Source: Mobula birostris
Taxonomy: Eukaryota
Reading direction: 5' to 3'
Length of the DNA stretch: 64,000 nucleotides
Assembly: GCF_030028105.1 (NCBI RefSeq)
Contig: NC_092370.1
Coordinates: 113,970,793-114,034,792, forward strand
The notes beneath the pieces were generated by a model. The model had not been told where the DNA came from and did not search any database. It saw nothing but the letters and a program-made list of their open reading frames with translations. Positions 50,601 to 61,331 of the stretch are shown here, piece by piece (the stretch's first letter is position 1; the number at the start of each line of letters is the position of its first letter). A program made the position numbers and the translations under genes.

Positions 50601-53600
50601 CTGAAGACTCCAGCCTCCTGCCTAGCATCACGCCTGAAGACTCCAGCCTCCTGCCTAGCCTCAAGCTTGAAGACTCAAGCCTTCTGCCTAACCTCAAGTC
50701 TGAAGACTCCAGCCTCCTGCCTAGCCTCAAACCTGAAGAGTCCAGTCTCCTCCCTAGCCTCAAGCGTAAAGACTCCAAACTCCTGCCTAGCCTCAAGCCT
50801 AAACACTCCAGATTCCTGCCTAGCCAGAAGCCTGAGGACTCAAGCTTCCTGCCTATCCTGATGCCTGAAGACTCCAGCCTCCTGCCTAGCCTCAAACCTG
50901 AAGACGACAGCTTCCTGCAGAGCCTCAAGCCTGAAGGCTCAAGCCTCCTGCCTAGCCTCAAGCCTGAAGACTCCAGCCTCCTGCCTAGCCTCAATACTGA
51001 AGATTCCAGCCTCATGCCTAGCCTCGTCTCAAGTCACAAGTCTCCAGCCTCCTGCCTAGCTTCTAGCCTGAAGACTCCAGCCTCCAGCCTAGCCTCAAGT
51101 CTGAAGACTCCAGCCTTCTGCCTAGCCTCTAGCCGGAAAACTCCAACCCCCTGCCTCACCTCTAACCTGAAGATTCCATCCTCCCGCCTAGCCTCAAGCC
51201 TGAATACTCCAAACTCCTGCCTAGCCTCAGCCTCAATTCTGACGACCCCAGCCTCCTGCTTAGTCTCAAGCCTGAAGACTCCAGCCTCCTGCCTAGCCTC
51301 AAGCCTGAAGGCTCAAGCCTCCTGCTTAGCCTCAAGCTTGAAGACTCGAGACTTCTGCCTAACCTCAAGTCTGAAGACTACAGCCTCCTGCCAGCCTCAA
51401 ACCTGAAGAGTCCAGTCTCCTGCCTAGCCTAAACCCTGAAGACTCCAGCCACCTGCCTAGCCTCAAGCCTGAACACTCCAGAGTCCTGCCCAGCCTGATG
51501 CCTGGAGACTCCAGTCTCCTGCCTAGCCTCAAGCCTAAACACTCCAGACTCCTGCCTATCCTCAAGCCTGAAGACTCTAGCCTCCTGCCTAGCTTCAGGA
51601 CTGAAGACTCCAGCCTCCTGCCTAGCCACATGCCTGAAGATTCCAGCTTCCTGCCCAGTCTCAATTCTGAATACACCAGCCTCCTCCCTAGCCTCAAGAC
51701 AGAAGATTCCAGCCTGCTGCCTAACCTCAAGCTTGACGACTCCAACATCCTGCCTAGCCTCTAGCCTGATGACTCCAGACTCCTGCCGAGCCTCGGCCTC
51801 AATCCTGACGACTCCAGCCTCCCGCTTAGTCTCCAGCCTGAAGACTCCAGCCTCTTGCCTAGCCTCACCCCTGAAGACTCCAGCCTCCTGCCTAGCCTCA
51901 AGCTTGAAGACTCAAGCCTCCTGCCTAACCTCAAGCCTGAAGTCTCCAGCCTCCTGCCTAGATTCTAGCCTCAAGACTCCAGCCTCCAGCCTAGCCTCTA
52001 GGGGCAAAACTCCAACCCCCTGCCTCACCTCTAACCTGAAGATTCCATCCTCCCGCCTAGCCTCAAGCCTGAATACGCCAGACTCCTGCCGAGCCTCAGC
52101 CTCAATCCTGACGACTCCAGCCTCCTGCTTAGTCTCAAGCCTGAAGGCTCCAGTCTCTTGCCTAGCCTCAAGCCTGAAGACTCCAGACTCCTGCTTAGCT
52201 TCAGTCTCAATCCTGACGACTGCAGCCTCCTGCTTAGACTCAAGACTGAAGACTCCAGCCTCCTGCCTAGCATCACGCCTGAAGACTCCAGCCTCCTGCC
52301 TAGCCTCAAGCTTGAAGACTCAAGCCTTCTGCCTAACCTCAAGTCTGAAGACTCCAGCCTCCTGCCTAGCCTCAAACCTGAAGAGTCCAGTCTCCTCCCT
52401 AGCCTCAAGCGTAAAGACTCCAAACTCCTGCCTAGCCTCAAGCCTAAACACTCCAGATTCCTGCCTAGCCTGAAGCCTGAGGACTCCAGCTTCCTGCCTA
52501 TCCTGATGCCTGAAGACTCCAGCCTCCTGCCTAGCCTCAAACCTGAAGACGACAGCCTCCTGCAGAGCCTCAAGCCTGAAGACTCAAGCCTCCTGCCTAG
52601 CCTCAAGCCTGAAGACTCCAGCCTCCTGCCTAGCCTCAATACTGAAGACTCCAGCCTCATGCCTAGCCTCGTCTCAAGTCACAAGTCTCCAGCCTCCTGC
52701 CTAGCTTCTAGCCTGAAGACTCCAGCCTCCAGCCTAGCCTCAAGTCTGAAGACTCCAGCCTTCTGCCTAGCCTCTAGCCGGAAAACTCCAACCCCCTGCC
52801 TCACCTCTAACCTGAAGATTCCATCCTCCCGCCTAGCCTCAAGCCTGAATACTCCAAACTCCTGCCTAGCCTCAGCCTCAATCCTGACGACCCCAGCCTC
52901 CTGCTTAGTCTCAAGCCTGAAGACTCCAGCCTCCTGCCTAGCCTCAAGCCTGAAGGCTCAAGCCTCCTGCTTAGCCTCAAGCTTGAAGACTCGAGACTTC
53001 TGCCTAACCTCAAGTCTGAAGACTCCAGCCTCCTGCCTAGCCTCAAACCTGAAGAGTCCAGTCTCCTGCCTAGCCTAAACCCTGAAGACTCCAGCCACCT
53101 GCCTAGCCTCAAGCCTGAACACTCCAGAGTCCTGCCCAGCCTGATGCCTGAAGACACCAGCCTCCTGCCTAGCCTCAAGCTTAAAGACTCTAGCCTCCTG
53201 CCTAGCCTCAAACCTGAAGAGTCCAGTCTCCTGCCTAGCCTAAGCCCTGAAGACTCCAGCCACCTGCCTAACCTCAAGCCTGAACACTCCAGAGTCCTGC
53301 CCAACCTGATGCCTGAAGACACCAGCCTCCTGCCTAGCCTCAAGCTTAAAGACTCTAGCCTCCTGCCGAGCCTCAAGCCTGAAGACTCCAGCCTCCTGCC
53401 TATACTCAAGCCTGAAGACTCAAGCCTCCTGCCTAGCCTCAAGCCTGAAGACTCCAGCCTCCTGCCTAGCCTCACGCCTGAAGACTCTAGCCTCCTGCCT
53501 AGCCTCAAGCTTGAAGACTCCAGCCTCCTGCCTAATCTCAAGTCTGAAGACTCCAACCTCCAGCCTAGCCTCAAACCTGAAGACTCCAGCCTCCTGCATA

Positions 53601-56600
53601 GCCTCAAGCCTCAGGACTCAAGCCTCCTGCTTAGCCTGAAGCCTAAAGACTCTAGCCTCCTGCCGAGCCTCAAGCCTGAAGACTTCAGCCTCCAGCCTAG
53701 CCTCACGCCTGAAGACTCCAGCCTCCTGCCTAGCTTCTAGACTGAAGACTCCAGCCTCCAACCTAGCCTCAAGTCTGAAGACTCCAGCCTCCTGCCGAGC
53801 CTCTATCCTGAAGATTCCAGCCTCCTGCCTAGCCTCAAGCCTGGAGACTCCAGTCTCCTGCCTAGCCTCAAGCCTAAACACTCCAGACTCCTGCCTATCC
53901 TCAAGCCTGAAGACTCTAGCCTCCTGCCTAGCTTCAGGACTGAAGACTCCAGCCTCCTGCCTAGCCACAAGCCTGAAGATTACACCCTCCTGCCCAGCCT
54001 CAAGCCTGAAGATTCCAGCTTCCTGCCCAGCCTCAATTCTGAATACACCAGCCTCCTCCCTAGCCTCAAGACAGAAGATTCCAGCCTGCTGCCTAACCTC
54101 AAGCTTGACGACTCCAACATCCTGCCTAGCCTCTAGCCTGATGACTCCAGACTCCTGCCGAGCCTCGGCCTCAATCCTGACGACTCCAGCCTCCCGCTTA
54201 GTCTCCAGCCTGAAGACTCCAGCCTCTTGCCTAGCCTCACCCCTGAAGACTCCAGCCTCCTGCCTAGCCTCAAGCCTGAAGACTCCAGTCTCCTGCCTAG
54301 CCTCAAGCCTAAACACTCCAGACTCCTGCCTATCCTCAAGCCTGAAGACTCTAGCCTCCTGCCTAGCTTCAGGACTGAAGACTCCAGCCTCCTGCCTAGC
54401 CACAAGCCTGAAGATTACAGCCTCCTGCCCAGCCTCAAGCCTGAAGATTCCAGCTTCCTGCCCAGCCTCAATTCTGAATACACCAGCCTCCTCCCTAGCC
54501 TCAAGACAGAAGATTCCAGCCTGCTGCCTAACCTCAAGCTTGACGACTCCAACATCCTGCCTAGCCTCTAGCCTGATGACTCCAGACTCCTGCCGAGCCT
54601 CGGCCTCAATCCTGACGACTCCAGCCTCCCGCTTAGTCTCCAGCCTGAAGACTCCAGCCTCTTGCCTAGCCTCACCCCTGAAGACTCCAGCCTCCTGCCT
54701 AGCCTCAAGCTTGAAGACTCAAGCCTCCTGCCTAACCTCAAGTCTGAAGACTCCAGCCTCCAGCCTAACTTCAAGCCTGAAGTCTCCAGCCTCCAGCCTA
54801 GCCTCTAGGGGCAAAACTCCAACCCCCTGCCTCACCTCTAACCTGAAGATTCCATCCTCCCGCCTAACCTCAAGCCTGAATACGCCAGACTCCTGCCGAG
54901 CCTCAGCCTCAATCCTGACGACTCCAGCCTCCTGCTTAGTCTCAAGCCTGAAGACTCCAGCCTCCTGCCTAGCCTCAAGCCTGAAGACTCCAGTCTCCTG
55001 CCTAGCCTCAAGCCTGAAGACTCCAGACTCCTGCTTAGCCTCAGTCTCAATCCTGACGACTGCAGCCTCCTGCTTAGACTCAAGACTGAAGACTCCAGCC
55101 TCCTGCCTAGCATCACGCCTGAAGACTCCAGCCTCCTGCCTAGCCTCAAGCTTGAAGACTCAAGCCTTCTGCCTAACCTCAAGTCTGAAGACTCCAGCCT
55201 CCTGCCTAGCCTCAAACCTGAAGAGTCCAGTCTCCTCCCTAGCCTCAAGCGTAAAGACTCCAAACTCCTGCCTAGCCTCAAGCCTAAACACTCCAGATTC
55301 CTGCCTAGCCAGAAGCCTGAGGACTCAAGCTTCCTGCCTATCCTGATGCCTGAAGACTCCAGCCTCCTGCCTAGCCTCAAACCTGAAGACGACAGCTTCC
55401 TGCAGAGCCTCAAGCCTGAAGGCTCAAGCCTCCTGCCTAGCCTCAAGCCTGAAGACTCCAGCCTCCTGCCTAGCCTCAATACTGAAGACTCCAGCCTCAT
55501 GCCTAGCCTCGTCTCAAGTCACAAGTCTCCAGCCTCCTGCCTAGCTTCTAGCCTGAAGACTCCAGCCTCCAGCCTAGCCTCAAGTCTGAAGACTCCAGCC
55601 TTCTGCCTAGCCTCTAGCCGGAAAACTCCAACCCCCTGCCTCACCTCTAACCTGAAGATTCCATCCTCCCGCCTAGCCTCAAGCCTGAATACTCCAAACT
55701 CCTGCCTAGCCTCAGCCTCAATCCTGACGACCCCAGCCTCCTGCTTAGTCTCAAGCCTGAAGACTCCAGCCTCCTGCCTAGCCTCAAGCCTGAAGGCTCA
55801 AGCCTCCTGCTTAGCCTCAAGCTTGAAGACTCGAGACTTCTGCCTAACCTCAAGTCTGAAGACTACAGCCTCCTGCCAGCCTCAAACCTGAAGAGTCCAG
55901 TCTCCTGCCTAGCCTAAACCCTGAAGACTCCAGCCACCTGCCTAGCCTCAAGCCTGAACACTCCAGAGTCCTGCCCAGCCTGATGCCTGGAGACTCCAGT
56001 CTCCTGCCTAGCCTCAAGCCTAAACACTCCAGACTCCTGCCTATCCTCAAGCCTGAAGACTCTAGCCTCCTGCCTAGCTTCAGGACTGAAGACTCCAGCC
56101 TCCTGCCTAGCCACATGCCTGAAGATTCCAGCTTCCTGCCCAGTCTCAATTCTGAATACACCAGCCTCCTCCCTAGCCTCAAGACAGAAGATTCCAGCCT
56201 GCTGCCTAACCTCAAGCTTGACGACTCCAACATCCTGCCTAGCCTCTAGCCTGATGACTCCAGACTCCTGCCGAGCCTCGGCCTCAATCCTGACGACTCC
56301 AGCCTCCCGCTTAGTCTCCAGCCTGAAGACTCCAGCCTCTTGCCTAGCCTCACCCCTGAAGACTCCAGCCTCCTGCCTAGCCTCAAGCTTGAAGACTCAA
56401 GCCTCCTGCCTAACCTCAAGCCTGAAGTCTCCAGCCTCCTGCCTAGATTCTAGCCTCAAGACTCCAGCCTCCAGCCTAGCCTCTAGGGGCAAAACTCCAA
56501 CCCCCTGCCTCACCTCTAACCTGAAGATTCCATCCTCCCGCCTAGCCTCAAGCCTGAATACGCCAGACTCCTGCCGAGCCTCAGCCTCAATCCTGACGAC

Positions 56601-59600
56601 TCCAGCCTCCTGCTTAGTCTCAAGCCTGAAGGCTCCAGTCTCTTGCCTAGCCTCAAGCCTGAAGACTCCAGACTCCTGCTTAGCTTCAGTCTCAATCCTG
56701 ACGACTGCAGCCTCCTGCTTAGACTCAAGACTGAAGACTCCAGCCTCCTGCCTAGCATCACGCCTGAAGACTCCAGCCTCCTGCCTAGCCTCAAGCTTGA
56801 AGACTCAAGCCTTCTGCCTAACCTCAAGTCTGAAGACTCCAGCCTCCTGCGTAGCCTCAAACCTGAAGAGTCCAGTCTCCTCCCTAGCCTCAAGCGTAAA
56901 GACTCCAAACTCCTGCCTAGCCTCAAGCCTAAACACTCCAGATTCCTGCCTAGCCAGAAGCCTGAGGACTCCAGCTTCCTGCCTATCCTGATGCCTGAAG
57001 ACTCCAGCCTCCTGCCTAGCCTCAAACCTGAAGACGACAGCCTCCTGCAGAGCCTCAAGCCTGAAGACTCAAGCCTCCTGCCTAGCCTCAAGCCTGAAGA
57101 CTCCAGCCTCCTGCCTAGCCTCAATACTGAAGACTCCAGCCTCATGCCTAGCCTCGTCTCAAGTCACAAGTCTCCAGCCTCCTGCCTAGCTTCTAGCCTG
57201 AAGACTCCAGCCTCCAGCCTAGCCTCAAGTCTGAAGACTCCAGCCTTCTGCCTAGCCTCTAGCCGGAAAACTCCAACCCCCTGCCTCACCTCTAACCTGA
57301 AGATTCCATCCTCCCGCCTAGCCTCAAGCCTGAATACTCCAAACTCCTGCCTAGCCTCAGCCTCAATCCTGACGACCCCAGCCTCCTGCTTAGTCTCAAG
57401 CCTGAAGACTCCAGCCTCCTGCCTAGCCTCAAGCCTGAAGGCTCAAGCCTCCTGCTTAGCCTCAAGCTTGAAGACTCGAGACTTCTGCCTAACCTCAAGT
57501 CTGAAGACTCCAGCCTCCTGCCTAGCCTCAAACCTGAAGAGTCCAGTCTCCTGCCTAGCCTAAACCCTGAAGACTCCAGCCACCTGCCTAGCCTCAAGCC
57601 TGAACACTCCAGAGTCCTGCCCAGCCTGATGCCTGAAGACACCAGCCTCCTGCCTAGCCTCAAGCTTAAAGACTCTAGCCTCCTGCCTAGCCTCAAACCT
57701 GAAGAGTCCAGTCTCCTGCCTAGCCTAAGCCCTGAAGACTCCAGCCACCTGCCTAACCTCAAGCCTGAACACTCCAGAGTCCTGCCCAGCCTGATGCCTG
57801 AAGACACCAGCCTCCTGCCTAGCCTCAAGCTTAAAGACTCTAGCCTCCTGCCGAGCCTCAAGCCTGAAGACTCCAGCCTCCTGCCTATACTCAAGCCTGA
57901 AGACTCAAGCCTCCTGCCTAGCCTCAAGCCTGAAGACTCCAGCCTCCTGCCTAGCCTCACGCCTGAAGACTCTAGCCTCCTGCCTAGCCTCAAGCTTGAA
58001 GACTCCAGCCTCCTGCCTAATCTCAAGTCTGAAGACTCCAACCTCCAGCCTAGCCTCAAACCTGAAGACTCCAGCCTCCAGCCTAGCCTCACGCCTGAAG
58101 ACTCCAGCCTCCTGCTTAGCCTCAGTCTCAATCCTGACGACTGCAGCCTCCTGCTTAGACTCAAGACTGAAGACTCCAGCCTCCTGCCTAGCATCACGCC
58201 TGAAGACTCCAGCCTCCTGCCTAGCCTCAAGCTTGAAGACTCAAGCCTTCTGCCTAACCTCAAGTCTGAAGACTCCAGCCTCCTGCCTAGCCTCAAACCT
58301 GAAGAGTCCAGTCTCCTCCCTAGCCTCAAGCGTAAAGACTCCAAACTCCTGCCTAGCCTCAAGCCTAAACACTCCAGATTCCTGCCTAGCCAGAAGCCTG
58401 AGGACTCAAGCTTCCTGCCTATCCTGATGCCTGAAGACTCCAGCCTCCTGCCTAGCCTCAAACCTGAAGACGACAGCTTCCTGCAGAGCCTCAAGCCTGA
58501 AGGCTCAAGCCTCCTGCCTAGCCTCAAGCCTGAAGACTCCAGCCTCCTGCCTAGCCTCAATACTGAAGACTCCAGCCTCATGCCTAGCCTCGTCTCAAGT
58601 CACAAGTCTCCAGCCTCCTGCCTAGCTTCTAGCCTGAAGACTCCAGCCTCCAGCCTAGCCTCAAGTCTGAAGACTCCAGCCTTCTGCCTAGCCTCTAGCC
58701 GGAAAACTCCAACCCCCTGCCTCACCTCTAACCTGAAGATTCCATCCTCCCGCCTAGCCTCAAGCCTGAATACTCCAAACTCCTGCCTAGCCTCAGCCTC
58801 AATCCTGACGACCCCAGACTCCTGCTTAGTCTCAAGCCTGAAGACTCCAGCCTCCTGCCTAGCCTCAAGCCTGAAGGCTCAAGCCTCCTGCTTAGCCTCA
58901 AGCTTGAAGACTCGAGACTTCTGCCTAACCTCAAGTCTGAAGACTACAGCCTCCTGCCAGCCTCAAACCTGAAGAGTCCAGTCTCCTGCCTAGCCTAAAC
59001 CCTGAAGACTCCAGCCACCTGCCTAGCCTCAAGCCTGAACACTCCAGAGTCCTGCCCAGCCTGATGCCTGGAGACTCCAGTCTCCTGCCTAGCCTCAAGC
59101 CTAAACACTCCAGACTCCTGCCTATCCTCAAGCCTGAAGACTCTAGCCTCCTGCCTAGCTTCAGGACTGAAGACTCCAGCCTCCTGCCTAGCCACATGCC
59201 TGAAGATTCCAGCTTCCTGCCCAGTCTCAATTCTGAATACACCAGCCTCCTCCCTAGCCTCAAGACAGAAGATTCCAGCCTGCTGCCTAACCTCAAGCTT
59301 GACGACTCCAACATCCTGCCTAGCCTCTAGCCTGATGACTCCAGACTCCTGCCGAGCCTCGGCCTCAATCCTGACGACTCCAGCCTCCCGCTTAGTCTCC
59401 AGCCTGAAGACTCCAGCCTCTTGCCTAGCCTCACCCCTGAAGACTCCAGCCTCCTGCCTAGCCTCAAGCTTGAAGACTCAAGCCTCCTGCCTAACCTCAA
59501 GCCTGAAGTCTCCAGCCTCCTGCCTAGATTCTAGCCTCAAGACTCCAGCCTCCAGCCTAGCCTCTAGGGGCAAAACTCCAACCCCCTGCCTCACCTCTAA

Positions 59601-61318
59601 CCTGAAGATTCCATCCTCCCGCCTAGCCTCAAGCCTGAATACGCCAGACTCCTGCCGAGCCTCAGCCTCAATCCTGACGACTCCAGCCTCCTGCTTAGTC
59701 TCAAGCCTGAAGGCTCCAGTCTCTTGCCTAGCCTCAAGCCTGAAGACTCCAGACTCCTGCTTAGCTTCAGTCTCAATCCTGACGACTGCAGCCTCCTGCT
59801 TAGACTCAAGACTGAAGACTCCAGCCTCCTGCCTAGCATCACGCCTGAAGACTCCAGCCTCCTGCCTAGCCTCAAGCTTGAAGACTCAAGCCTTCTGCCT
59901 AACCTCAAGTCTGAAGACTCCAGCCTCCTGCCTAGCCTCAAACCTGGAGTCCAGTCTCCTCCCTAGCCTCAAGCGTAAAGACTCCAAACTCCTGCCTAGC
60001 CTCAAGCCTAAACACTCCAGATTCCTGCCTAGCCTGAAGCCTGAGGACTCCAGCTTCCTGCCTATCCTGATGCCTGAAGACTCCAGCCTCCTGCCTAGCC
60101 TCAAACCTGAAGACGACAGCCTCCTGCAGAGCCTCAAGCCTGAAGACTCAAGCCTCCTGCCTAGCCTCAAGCCTGAAGACTCCAGCCTCCTGCCTAGCCT
60201 CAATACTGAAGACTCCAGCCTCATGCCTAGCCTCGTCTCAAGTCACAAGTCTCCAGCCTCCTGCCTAGCTTCTAGCCTGAAGACTCCAGCCTCCAGCCTA
60301 GCCTCAAGTCTGAAGACTCCAGCCTTCTGCCTAGCCTCTAGCCGGAAAACTCCAACCCCCTGCCTCACCTCTAACCTGAAGATTCCATCCTCCCGCCTAG
60401 CCTCAAGCCTGAATACTCCAAACTCCTGCCTAGCCTCAGCCTCAATCCTGACGACCCCAGCCTCCTGCTTAGTCTCAAGCCTGAAGACTCCAGCCTCCTG
60501 CCTAGCCTCAAGCCTGAAGGCTCAAGCCTCCTGCTTAGCCTCAAGCTTGAAGACTCGAGACTTCTGCCTAACCTCAAGTCTGAAGACTCCAGCCTCCTGC
60601 CTAGCCTCAAACCTGAAGAGTCCAGTCTCCTGCCTAGCCTAAACCCTGAAGACTCCAGCCACCTGCCTAGCCTCAAGCCTGAACACTCCAGAGTCCTGCC
60701 CAGCCTGATGCCTGAAGACACCAGCCTCCTGCCTAGCCTCAAGCTTAAAGACTCTAGCCTCCTGCCTAGCCTCAAACCTGAAGAGTCCAGTCTCCTGCCT
60801 AGCCTAAGCCCTGAAGACTCCAGCCACCTGCCTAACCTCAAGCCTGAACACTCCAGAGTCCTGCCCAGCCTGATGCCTGAAGACACCAGCCTCCTGCCTA
60901 GCCTCAAGCTTAAAGACTCTAGCCTCCTGCCGAGCCTCAAGCCTGAAGACTCCAGCCTCCTGCCTATACTCAAGCCTGAAGACTCAAGCCTCCTGCCTAG
61001 CCTCAAGCCTGAAGACTCCAGCCTCCTGCCTAGCCTCACGCCTGAAGACTCTAGCCTCCTGCCTAGCCTCAAGCTTGAAGACTCCAGCCTCCTGCCTAAT
61101 CTCAAGTCTGAAGACTCCAACCTCCAGCCTAGCCTCAAACCTGAAGACTCCAGCCTCCTGCATAGCCTCAAGCCTCAGGACTCAAGCCTCCTGCTTAGCC
61201 TGAAGCCTAAAGACTCTAGCCTCCTGCCGAGCCTCAAGCCTGAAGACTTCAGCCTCCAGCCTAGCCTCACGCCTGAAGACTCCAGCCTCCTGCCTAGCTT
61301 CTAGACTGAAGACTCCAG

Positions 61319-61331
61319 NNNNNNNNNNNNN
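61319..61331. other. Assembly gap (13 N)
   Basis: Run of 13 Ns. Confidence 1.
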
